Source of the DNA: the human T2T-CHM13v2.0 reference genome, Homo sapiens
Length of the DNA stretch: 64,000 nucleotides
NCBI RefSeq assembly: GCF_009914755.1
Contig: NC_060933.1
Strand: one strand, 5' to 3'
Part shown: in pieces, positions 41,477 through 54,847 of the stretch
How positions within the stretch are numbered: position 1 is the first letter of the stretch
How the letters are laid out: each line of letters begins with the position of its first letter
Translations under genes and position numbers: made by a program
Notes under the pieces: generated by a model
Databases searched by the model: none
Seen by the model: only the letters and a program-made list of their open reading frames with translations
What the model was told of the DNA's origin: nothing

Positions 41477-42216
41477 TTTATAAACAGACAATATGTGAGT
41501 GCCTTTTGCAGAAGAGGGTGTGTTTGAAATCATCGGAGTCAGCCAGGAGCTGTCACCAAGGAAACGCTACCTCTCTGTCCCTTGCTGTATGCTGATCATC
41601 GCCAGAGGTGCTTCACCCTGAGTTTTGTTTTGTATTGTTTTCTGACAGTTTTTCTGTTTTGTTTGGCAAGGAAAGGGGAGAAGGGAATCCTCCTCCAGGG
41701 TGATTTTATGATCAGTGTTGTTGCTCTAGGAAGACATTTTTCCGTTTGCTTTTGTTCCAATGTCAATGTGAACGTCCACATGAAACCTACACACTGTCAT
41801 GCTTCATCATTCCCTCTCATCTCAGGTAGAAGGTTGACACAGTTGTAGGGTTACAGAGACCTATGTAAGAATTCAGAAGACCCCTGACTCATCATTTGTG
41901 GCAGTCCCTTATAATTGGTGCATAGCAGATGGTTTCCACATTTAGATCCTGGTTTCATAACTTCCTGTACTTGAAGTCTAAAAGCAGAAAATAAAGGAAG
42001 CAAGTTTTCTTCCATGATTTTAAATTGTGATCGAGTTTTAAATTGATAGGAGGGAACATGTCCTAATTCTTCTGTCCTGAGAAGCATGTAATGTTAATGT
42101 TATATCATATGTATATATATATATGCACTATGTATATACATATATATTAATACTGGTATTTTTACTTAATCTATAAAATGTCGTTAAAAAGTTGTTTGTT
42201 TTTTTCTTTTTTTATA

Positions 42217-42222
42217 AATAAA
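42217..42222 (+). terminator. DAPK1: Polyadenylation signal AATAAA of DAPK1
   Basis: tttataAATAAActgttgctcgttgcattagtttttttg with U-rich upstream and U/GU-rich downstream context. Confidence 0.85.
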
Positions 42223-43131
42223 CTGTTGCTCGTTGCATTAGTTTTTTTGATCTTTAATTCAAAAGGATTTCTTTTTACTTGTTGTGGTTTTACTGTTGTC
42301 ACCCCACATAGCAGGACAACCCAGTCCAAAACCTAGAAAATCATTACACCTCAACTCTCAGGGTTATTGAGATGCCGATTATTACTCAAATTAGGAATGG
42401 TGTGGGAAAGTGAAAAGAGTTCAGATAATTTTCACATTTCTTCCCATTGTAAATAAAACAGGCCCCTTAGATTTTTCTCGGGTGAACCAAAAAACCAAAC
42501 TGACTCTTTTAGTTTTGGCAACAGGGAACAGAGGAAGCTTTGCGACTTCTACACAAAAATGATGGGGATGGCACCAGGAGGAAGAGAAAACCTACAGCAA
42601 AAAGACCTTCGTGCCTTTCTTACATTTATAGTTCATTTATGTTTCAAGCAAGTTGTCCACAATAAACATGATTAACTTTCATAATGAGAAAAGAAGTCCT
42701 GATGAATAAAATTAAAACTAGACATAGGTGTGTCTACAAAGGATGAGACTGAAAGGGAAACTGTGGTTGCCTTAAGGAGCGGAAACTCCTTTTCTTGTCT
42801 CAGCTCCTTCCTGAGTGTTGGCTTCACTCTCTCCTGCTTCAAAAGACTGCTTCCTATAGCGGCAGGTAAGCTAAAAACCAGAGAGAAGGGATTTGTCTCT
42901 TGCAGCATCTATATGTAAAATCCCAGAGTGGGACTCTGATTCGATTAGCTTGTGTCACATAGCTATCCCTGTGCAAATTTGGAAAAGACAGAGTTACTAG
43001 GATTGGCCTCATCACCCAATGAGCTGTTGGGGGAGAAGCAGTTCTCCCCAAGACTAGGGTTCTGTTAGTAGAAGAAAGGTGAGGGAGGATGCTGGGGAGA
43101 CACATTTGAGTTACTGCAAAAGTCTTAATAC

Positions 43132-43425
43132 TTTTTTTGAGAGAGAGGGCTTGGCTTCTGTGACCCAGGCTGTGGTGCGGTGGCATGATCATAGCTCACT
43201 GTTGCTTCAAAGTCCAGAGCTCCAGCAGTCCTTCCAACTCAACCTCCTGAGTAGCTAGGCCTGCAAGGGCACACCACCGTGCCTGGCTAATTTTTTTTTT
43301 TTTTTTTTAAGGAGATGATCTCACTATGTTGCCCAGGCTGGTCTCAAACTTCTGGCCTCAAGTCATCCTCCCACCTCTGCCTCCTGAAGTGAGAGGATTA
43401 CAGGCATGAGCCACAATACCCAGCC
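43132..43425 (-). mobile_element. Alu (J-type)
   Basis: Diverged reverse Alu. Confidence 0.88.
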
Positions 43426-44332
43426 AGTGCTTTTGTTTTATGCAAGTCCTAGGACAGGCACCTGTTCATATGATTGTGGGGTCCCCGGGCTCCTGAAATG
43501 TTGGGACCACAGTCAGGAATCATTGCAACCCAAAGGTCAAGAGCTTAAGGATCACTCAACTCACTGCCCCATCTTGGGAAATGCCCTGGGGCACTCTTCA
43601 GGGGGCAGTTTGGAGTCTGTACCAGGAGCTTCTGTACCAGGAGCTCTGGTCAGGCTGAAACTGGCCACTGCCCACTGTATGCAGCTGGCTCTCTCCCCTG
43701 CAGGTGGGAGGAAACAAGACCATAGCTTACCTCCTGTGTCCATAGTGAGAATCAAAAGGTGCAAATTCTAGGAGTCAGAAAGAAAAGCCAATCATGGGAC
43801 CCTGTCTCTTAGAGTTGCTGTGAAATGCACTCAGGTGCCATGTTCCTCGTCACCTCTTTACTATAGTGTAACAGCCTCTGGGTACCACGTCCAAACTTGG
43901 GCCACCTTGGGGTGCCTGAGGTCTCCAGTGTGGACAAAAGTATCCCAGGGACCCAAAGCCAGTACGGTGTGGGCTTGAAGGCATTTGTGGGAGTTGCAAT
44001 GGGTTCCAAAATCTCAACCCCTACACCTTCTAAAAGGAATCAGAACTTGGTGGAAATTTTGCTGGTCTATTTTGTAGAAAAGCTGTTAGGGTGACAACTA
44101 CAGGATTCACAAAAATCATAAAACTATATTTGGCCCTGTCGCTGTTCAGAGTCCACACTGGTCTTACTAAGCCCTGATAGAGTGACCACAGAAAAGTCAC
44201 TCCAAAGTGAGGGGCCCAGCGTGGCTGTTCTTGCATAAACAATGGCTAGATAATAGCCGGGCTGTAAAACCAAGAGGGAAGTGCGCAGATCTGAGCTTAG
44301 AAGTGGAAGCTTTCATTAAGAGTAAAAAGATG

Positions 44333-44959
<627 letters not shown>

Positions 44960-46384
44960 TCAGTTTTGCAAGATGAAGAAAGTTTCTGGAGGGCATGGTG
45001 GTGATGATGGCACAACAATATGAATGTATTGAATGCCACTGATCTGTGCAGTTCAAGTTGGGTAAAGTAGTAAATTTTGTGTTTCTCTATATTACCACAG
45101 TTTTCTTTAAAAAAGAAAAAAAAAACTAAAAAGATAAAGCTGAAACCTAAAAATGTCCAGGTAACAATAAAGCTGGCAGAGTAATGTACAAGACTACCTA
45201 CTGTATTTAGAGCAGCTCAGCCAAGCGGAGCCCCCCAGAAAAGGGGAACAGGAAAAGGGATTGATTGCTTTTTAAAGAATTTAATATTTGTTATTTCAAA
45301 AAAAAAAAAACTTTAAAGTGGTCCTCAGAGGGGGAAGAAGTGAGAGTTCTGTTTGGCTTCTTTCCTCTTTTGATTGGCAGAGGGTTTTGTTTTTAGTTTG
45401 AATTCGTATTTGAGACCCAGCGCCACAGTCTTTGCAGGACTATGCATTCCTGAGAACTTAAACTGAACTGTTTATGAGGAATAGTGTGAGGGTGAGGGCC
45501 CAGCCCTGGCTCACTGAGTCCTCAGGGCTCAGCTCCACAGCTGCCCGAGGAATTTGCTCTCAAGGGCAATCTTCAGCGATCTGGAGCATAGCTGGGCTTT
45601 GGGTGGCAACCTGAGGGTGAGGTCAGACTGTAGCATCACAACCAAAAGTCACATGCTGATGACAGGCTCCAAATCCTCCCAGCCCAGGGCCTGGTGGCTT
45701 CCAGATGTTGACTCAGGACAGGAACCGCTTGTCTGCCCTAAATGAATGCCATGGCCAGAGAGGGTGGACCAGGGGCACCTCTGACAGGAAGAGTTAAGGA
45801 GCAGTGAGCTCCCTTCCACCTCCGCTGAGCAGAAAGGAACCCTGGAAATACCTTCAGGACAGACAGCTGCTGATCTCTTCCTGGAAGCGCTGGGCCTCAG
45901 AAGCTTGCTGGTTCCTGCCTATTTGCTCCCACGGCAAATTCTTGATTCTTTATCAGAAAGGAGGGAAGAAGTGTGTGGGTGTGAGGGGGAAGAAGCCACA
46001 GGAATGCCCACAGCAGAGGTCCTCGGGGACGCTGGGCTATCCCTGGTGGCAACACTCTTGGGGCTGGTGCTGGGTGAGGACGGCCTCCCAAGCACCCTAT
46101 GCTGTGACTCCAGCCCCCAGGATTCTCCTCAGGGTAGAGAGAAGGAGCTCAGGTGAGCTCTGGATGAATGATACCATCTTTTCCATTGAAATCACAGAAT
46201 TTTACAGCTAAAGAGAACTTCCAGATGGTTTGAGTCAACCGCACTCTGGCAGCTGGAAGCAGAGATGAAAAGATTCAGGCAAAATTACACAGTTCAATTA
46301 TTAACAATTCAGACTAAGCATCAGGCCATCTGACCCCAACTGAGGGCCCCTCATCCTATTCTACTAAGTATATTACACTGCAGT

Positions 46385-47078
46385 CTGTATGTGTGTGTGC
46401 ATGTGTGTGTCATGAGAGTACACGGATATGCAGGTGTATGCATCTGTATTTTGTGCATAAATGTGTGCATTTGTGTACATGTATATTAATGTATGTGCGT
46501 GTGTCATGTGCATATGTGTAGCAGAGTTAGTGTGCATATGCACATGTGTATATGTGTATTGCGCATGTGTATACACATGTATATATGGGGGTAAGTCTGT
46601 GTCTTTGGTATGTGCATATATGTGTGTGTGTGATGTGTGTGCATGTGTGTGTGCTTTGTGTGTGGTGTGTGTGCATGTGGTGTGTGTGGGGGTGTGTGTG
46701 GTGTGTGTTTATGTGATGTGTGTGTGGTGTGTGTGTGAGGTGTGTAGGGTGTGTGCGTGTGTGGTGTGCATGTGGTATGGTGTGTGTGTGTGGTGTGTGC
46801 GTGTGTGGTGTGTGTGTGGGGTGTGCGCATATGTGTGGCATATGTATGTGTATATGTGTGGTGTGTGTTGTGTTTGGTGTGTGTGGTGTGTGCATGTGTG
46901 TATCTGGTGTGTGTGGTGTGTGTGATGTGTGTATGTGCGGTGTGTGTGTTTTTGGTGTGTGGTGTTTGTGGTGTGTATGTGTTTGGTGTGTGGTGTGTGT
47001 GTTTGGTGTGTGGTGTGTGTGTGGTGTGTGTGTGGGGGGGGTGTGGTGTGTGTGTGGTGTGTCGTGTGTGTGTGTGTC
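46385..47078. repeat. ~700-bp degenerate (TG)n/(TGTGG)n low-complexity array
   Basis: Seen directly; produces spurious Val/Cys- and His/Thr-rich ORFs. Confidence 0.95.
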
Positions 47079-48831
47079 ATGAGAGATTCTTAGGCCATAA
47101 TGGCTTTTTTTTCTGACCAAGAGACTTGATTCTTGCTGATTCAGCCATGAGTGTGCATTTCCCACAATCAGGATGACTAACCAGGACATCCGGAGAAGTT
47201 TCTTCCTCTCTGCCTCACCCATCCCACTCGCTCCATCCTCAAAGCGGACACTCAGATGCTGGGGCTTCTGCCCCAGTGTGTGACCCCACGGGAGGTTTGC
47301 AGAGTCCTCAGGTTGCGTCACAGCCAGCGTTGATGAGCATCATCCTGTCTTCCAAGAAGGCAGGCCAGTCACCCAAGAATGAGCCAGAGCTGCTTCTGTA
47401 AATCACGAGATTCTGTGACCCAGATTAACATGGAAGGAGAAACCAGCAGCTGCTGCCGCCGTAGGCACAAGTCAGCAACTTCAGTCCTTCTGAGGCTGGC
47501 CCTTCCTGGCCATGGGCTGCCCCTTCCCTTTGGGGTAATTTGAGGCAATGAAAGTTTTTATTCCCTTTGGTTGTATTTTCTAGACATGTTTTAATGTAGC
47601 TGAAATCATATGAAGTGTTCAATTTTATACCCTGCTTTTTTTAAACGGAAGATTATGACACAGCTTTTTTACAATGTTATTAGAAGCTTTTCAGAAACAT
47701 TCCTTTTAACGGCTGCAAAATGCTATAATAATATTGTCATATCCCAATTCCCTACTGTGAAACACTCAGGCGTTATTCCCTGTTGAAAACAAAGCTGGGC
47801 TAAACATCTTTATGCACATTTTTTTCTGTATTTCAGACTGGACATGATATATGTGGCTTTTTGGGCTGTCGGCACATAACAATTAAAATCCAAAAAGAGA
47901 AAACATTAATTGCTGAGCAAAACTTTGCATTTATGTTGCACTCTATCTGGTTTTCTTTTCTTCCAGAAAAACATTATTTTATTAATCAATGGCTAACACA
48001 CTTTATAATAATTTTTACCAAATTTTTTGCTACATATAACAGCTTTTATAATCTTACTCTTTTAGCAAGAAGGGAAAAAATTCATTCTTTCCACCATCAC
48101 AAGAGATTAATTACTCAATAATTACATTTATTACCAGTTTAGAAAACTTTGAGCTTCAAAACCCATTACAGGCAATGTCATAAATTTTAAAGATTACTGT
48201 CAAATCTGGTGAACACTCTATCAAGTTTAGTTTCATTTGATTATACATAAGCTGTAAGATTTTCTGACATTGCAAGTTTAATTGTCTAGTGACTTATTTT
48301 AAATGCTTTTTAATGCCAACACTCATTATCCAATTGTCATTCATGTCCTTCTCTGCCTGGCTTTATGGGCTGAATTTCTGTGCAGGTGCCTTTTGCTGAG
48401 AAGGCACCCTTCCCAGTGCTCTGGGCCATTCTCTGTGTGGTTCCATTGCTATCCCGCTCCAGGTACCAAAGGATTCGGCCTCCAAACTCTGCTGCCCACC
48501 TTGGTGGTTGGACACATACTCCTGGAGGACCTGGAGTCAAAACAAGCCACATACATCCTGCTGACATGGAGAACAGCCAGCTACTGAGCAAACATGCAAC
48601 ACTGGTGATATTGTGCAATGTTCCCAGCTGTGAATTTATCTCATTGTTTTCACCCAGTGACATTTTTATCTTATCCCTCCATAAGCCAGGCAAAAGTACA
48701 CTAAACGCTTGAATAGATTCTCTCTTGTCATTTTGGAATTACTATTTTCATTTTTTATTTGAAAATGAGAAATAAAAAGGAATCTTATAACTTCTCTCTG
48801 CCCCTTAAAGCTATTTTCAATAAAGAGTAGC

Positions 48832-49142
<311 letters not shown>

Positions 49143-49337
49143 CCTTTTTTTTTTTTTTTTTTTTTTTTAACTGACTCTTAAACCTTGAGACGCCTTGCTA
49201 TTGCCAGTGGTTCCCACACTTTGGGAATGTTATGAAATAGCAAACTTTTATAAAGAACATGGAGGACTGACACTCTGACACTTTGTTTTGCAAAGAACAC
49301 AGAAACTACAATAACTATCCAATGCTGTCACCAATCA

Positions 49338-49799
<462 letters not shown>

Positions 49800-52700
49800 C
49801 TAGAATAATTAACATTCCTTTCAATGGAATAACTTAATCTTAGGGGAAAAAAATTACCCAGTGCTCTTCATTTTTCTCCATTTCCCTGGAATTGTGAAAA
49901 GTTCACCATGGGCAACATGACTCTAAAGGTTTATTGCTGTGTTTTGTTTGCTCAGGAGCCTTTGCTCTTTGCTATGCATAGAAGTTCAGGAAAAGCCCTC
50001 AGGCCCCGTCTCATGACATATTTCATGACAATGTTTATTCCATCCCCTGAACACTGAAACTTACCCAAGGTCCCTGCGGGAGGGCCACACTTTAGGAAGC
50101 ACAGTATTTCTGGTTGCTCTTAACATAGGGGCATAGGATCCAACAGTCAGGAGGAAATGGGATGTCTCGAAGTTCAGCCAGAGCATCACCCGCCATGAAA
50201 TATGAGGGTCAGTCGGTCTCCGCTCAAATGGTCCCAGAGATGGAGGATTGGAAAAGCAGATTTTAATTCCTACGTGAGCTGACACTTACCACCTGTATTT
50301 CTCATCCCTTGTTCTGTCTTCCAGGCTATAAAGACGCCTTGAATCCTCCTCCACGATACCCGCCCCACTATTTGTTGGCACAGCTATGATGCTGCTTATG
50401 GATTGTTTTCACTCCTAAAGACAGTGGCGCAAGGCAAGGTGACCTGGAGCGAGGCCATCCTGAGTGCCCACCCAGCTTCCCAGGAGCCTGTTGGAATTTG
50501 GAAGGACATTTGCCTCTGTTTATAAAGACTGGCTTTTTGCTGAAAGCCAGGGTCTCAAAAATTTTGTTTTATTAATAGAAGCTAAACCCCAAACATTTGG
50601 CTCTTTTTCATTCCATTTCCCCTTTCACAATCTTAACTATTCCCAAGACAATGGATACCTCTGCCTGTATCAAGGGCAGATTGTCAATAAGAAAGTCAAC
50701 AGGAAATAAACATTATTATTTCAAAAATACTATCCTTATCCATTTTAAATTAAGGGGCTAGGAGAAAAGGATATGAGGATTTACTGTTGAATGGGTTAGG
50801 AGTTTCAGTTTGGGATGAAGAGAAAGTTCTGGAGATGGATGGCGGTGATGGTGGCACAACAATGCGATGAACTTCATGCCGCTCTCAAAAATAGTGAAAA
50901 TGGTCAAGTTTATGTTACGTCTATTTTACTATAATAAAAAAAAAATTTTGGTTTTCAGTGGGCAGGTGAATAAGGAGACCCTCTTGCCACCTCTTGGCAA
51001 GAGCAAGAAAGGAGATTGGAATATCAGCAGTGTGAGCTCTTCCAAGGGCAGTGGTGACAGCCTGGGAGACTGGTCAGCGTAGCAAGGGCAGGTGCAGGTC
51101 CCTGGTCCTAGAATGTGAGTGTGGCAAGCCAGCCTTAACTTCTGCCTGCCTAGGAGGCATCCTAGGAGGTGAGCCTTAGTGAGCAGGGGTGAGCTCTGTT
51201 TGTCCTGTATGCAGCAGCAGATTATCTGTCTGCTCATGCAGACTATGTAGATTGCTCAGAGTTGCTAGAGGGAGGGCCTGTGGGGCCTGAACTTCAGCCT
51301 GCACTCAGCTCATCAAGCCATGGGCTCTCTCAGGGCCATGTCTGTCCAACCCTTGCAAAGCCTCTGGATGGGTGATCCTGGGCACTAAACCTTGACCATT
51401 CTAAAATACTATTTGGCACAGCCTGGATGAGGTCTGTACATAGAGTGTGTAGATCCCTCAAGTTCCCTGAACACTCCGCCATGCAAGTGATGCAGAGAAG
51501 TCAGCTAGGAGGAAGACAAGGTGTGGGGAAGAACAGCACCAGCCAGGAAGCATCATCCCAAATCTGAGTTCATGAGGCTGATGAAGAGAATGTCCACATC
51601 ATTAAAGAGATTCTAGCATTCCTTTTCTATGTTTGTCAACCTTTGTCCTTGTTAGTGCCTGAATAAAACTGAACATGAGAATGTGGCCATGGGAATTATA
51701 GTATAGGCCTAAGGAGAGGTTGTAAACTTCAGGCTTCATCAACACTTGACCATTTCCTCCCATTTTCTGGGAACTAATTAGCCCCTTTCTGTTTCACCCA
51801 TGCAGTACCCCGGCTATTGGGCTTCATTACTCCAGTATGCTTTCCAGAACTATCATATTCCTTTAATCTTCTTGAAATAAATTTGGCTTGGATCGCACTC
51901 CCCTAAATCTAGTCTCTTTCATTGTCCAGGGAGCCACCCCTCCTCCCATGGTTGTGCAAGTGTCTCGGGGTCTTCTGAGCAGTCTGCGTTTGCTGCCTTT
52001 GGTCATCCCAACCTGTCTGACCTGCCTTCTCACCCTCCATGCAAGCCTGAGTGTGGGAATATTCCAGAGCCCACATGCTCTAAGCTCAGCCATCCCAGGT
52101 ATGAGTGCAAGGAGGCTACAGCCCTCAGCCTCTTGCAGAAAACCCCTGTTGCTCCCCAAGTTTGGGAGGTGACTCTTCTCTCCTCTTTCTCCAACTCCAC
52201 CAAGCTATGGACAATTAATTCCTTGATGACACTGACCTCTAGGTTCATAAGAGAGGTTTTCAGACTGGCTCCAGGAATTGAGAAAATCTTTTCCTCTCTC
52301 TTCAGCCTTGGCTTTTGGATCATTGTGAACTCAGAAATCTATCGGGAAAGTCTAATTCTGAACACTGATTCTTTTTTCTCTTTACATTCCTATTGTTAAA
52401 ATTCTGATTATCTGTGAGAAAACAATATCCCTGTCTGTATAGGGGTGATGTCCTTGAAAAGGGAACACAAAAAAGGAAAAAAAATCATATTTGCACAATA
52501 AAGTATCACCCCCCTTGTGTTATATACACCACAGGTCTGCAGGCATGAGACTGAGGTCAGACTGTGAGTATTCTCCCCTCCATCCCACCCTCCACCTGCT
52601 CTGTGACCTGCGTCAGAACCCCAGGGACAAGATAAGATTTCTCCAAAACTCAATGGAGAGTCACAGAAAACAGGAAGTGCTTTTGAGGAAGTTTTGAATG

Positions 52701-52939
52701 GAAGCAGGAGGTGAGAGTTGGGAACTGTATGCTGGGAAATGACCTCTCGGCTGGGACTCTTGGGAGGGTGTGATGTCTTGGTTGCTGCTCCTGTGAACTG
52801 TGGAGAAGGTCAGGTTTAGCGTAAACTGTCCCCTGTGGTCCTCCTGCAATTCTCCTAATGACTGTCAGCCCTCAGTACCAGGGTCCCATACACCCCTGCA
52901 GCACTGCATCCCCATTTGTTGGAGTTCCACCTCCTGAGA

Positions 52940-53100
52940 CCAAATCCTGGCTTCCTCACTGACTAGCCCTGTGCCCTTGGGCAAGCTCCGTAACCTCTCT
53001 AACCTCACTGTACTCATCTGTAAAATGGGGATGAGGGTTATTCTGATAATCAAATGCCATAATACACAACAAGGCGAATGTGGTGCTTGGCACGTAAGTC
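52940..53100 (+). mobile_element. MIR
   Basis: caaatcctggcttcctcactgactag...ccttgggcaag...taacctctct...ctcatctgtaaaatgggga. Confidence 0.75.
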
Positions 53101-54741
53101 AGCAGTGTGTTCCCAGTTGACCACTGGTTTCAGGAGGCCAACAAGGACAGTGGGATTTTAGGTGAGTCTTTGGGTATTTTCCCCCCATTTGTCTTGCTTA
53201 TCTGTATTATCTATGTTTTTCATAATGATTACTTGTTTTATTTGTTTTTCACCTAAAAAATTATTGAAAAATAACAGATGAAACTGCTGGAAGGATAAAA
53301 GGCTAAGGTCCTCTGAGAATCCTTGAAAACGGCCACCAGCAAGTTATTCATTAGAAATTTCAAAGGGAAATTTCCAAACCAAGCCACCTCAATGACAGGC
53401 TTAGTGCTCTAGGAACAAGGTGGAGGGGATGTGGGCCATTATTGTTTATAAGCCAGAGAGATGGTGGGTTACTTGCTCTATCTGGTAATTAAACATTCAC
53501 ATATTCTACATTTTTTAAATAAATCAATGCCTTTTTCATCAAATTACGAACAGGCCAGGACACTGAAGTTTGAAGGCAAATGTTCATTCCTGTCTGCTCC
53601 ACATCTGGCTTTCCAGGACAACACAATGGTCAGTCCACTAAAAGTCAAGGAAGTCCTGATTTTTCTGGCTAGAAATCAAGAAAAGTCATTTTTTGATGTG
53701 CTTATTATGTTTCTGAGAATATGCAAGAGAAGAAGGAGAAAAACACAAGCCTTCCAGATGGGCCACTGCCGGTTAAGCTTGCATTTTAGGGAGAGGTGAT
53801 GCCCACCTTTAACCTCTTTCGAGGCATCACACACTTTTGGGCTCAACAACCAAAAAACAACAGGGGAGAAAGCAATGATGATGGGAGCTGTTTTGGCTGA
53901 GAAACTCCAAGGGCCCAGGAGCTCCTTCACCCTACATCAAACCATGGAAAAGAGCTCACCAGAGATAGTGGGTTGGCATAGCTCCAGGTCATGCTTATGG
54001 CCCTATATCCCTAATCCATCTCTCTCTGCTCTGTCCTAAGACTTCAGTTGACTGGCCTTCCCCAGGTCTCAAGGGCTTGTCACATTCTTCATTACTTTTC
54101 TGTGTTTTTCGACAATTCTATCTAACATCTTCAGTAATATGTGTTAAGGTATGGCTCTCATAAGAGTGTTTCAATGATTCAGGGGCACTCTAACCTTCCA
54201 AAACATTTGTAAGAAGAATAGTAGCTGTGTGCTTGGAACTGCCTTCTAAGCACTACCTAACCTATCTGCTTCAATCTTCTCAATACCCACATTTTTAATT
54301 CCCCTTTACAAGTGAGGAAGTGCAGGCTCTATACATTTAAGTGTCTCACCCAAAGTGACATGGTTGTCAAAAACTGAACTATGACTTGAACTCCAAATTA
54401 TTTAATTCCAAAATAAGCGGACTTAATTACTCTTTACTTGTGTACTTGATTATTGCCTGTGTCTGCCTGTCAGCCATCATGCTCACCACTCACCAGACAA
54501 GTGGTACATCCTAAATAAGTATTTTCAGAATGAACGAATACTATCTTCCCTCGAGGCCCAGAGATTGGAGGCATCATGGTGGAACAGCAGCGGGTCAGTG
54601 CTTTGTTTCACAGTTCACTGAAACATCACGGCCAGTGGCCTTGTGGCCCCTAAGGAGTCCAGACAACTATGGAGTCCTTGGTACAAAAGCAGGAATTCCT
54701 TGTTTACTTGCAGAAACACTTCATGTTGAGACTTTTGTAGT

Positions 54742-54847
54742 CTTCTTCCTTCCTTCTTTCCTTTTTTTTCTTTTACTGTTTCTTTCCTTCCTTCCTTCCT
54801 TCTTTTCCCTCCTTTCTTCCTTCCTTCCTGCCTGCCTGCCTGCCTGC
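54742..54847. repeat. (CTTC)n/(CTGC)n polypyrimidine tract
   Basis: Seen directly. Confidence 0.85.

Larger units (their letters stand above)
40971..42240 (+). other. DAPK1: DAPK1 3' UTR (end approximate)
   Basis: Follows stop codon; repeat-free and AU-rich; AATAAA at 42217-42222 followed by a T-rich downstream element at ~42241-42300. Confidence 0.85.

Noticed and set aside
40971-42240. GAIT element reported for the DAPK1 3' UTR
   Set aside because: Defined by structure; I cannot locate it without folding, so no coordinates are claimed
46373-47321. Multiple long Cys/Val- or His/Thr-rich ORFs
   Set aside because: Translations of the TG repeat, not metallothionein- or mucin-like genes
51860-52400. 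Overlapping 88-98 aa ORFs suggesting a processed pseudogene
   Set aside because: No recognisable protein similarity, polyA tail or TSD; TBLASTX would be needed
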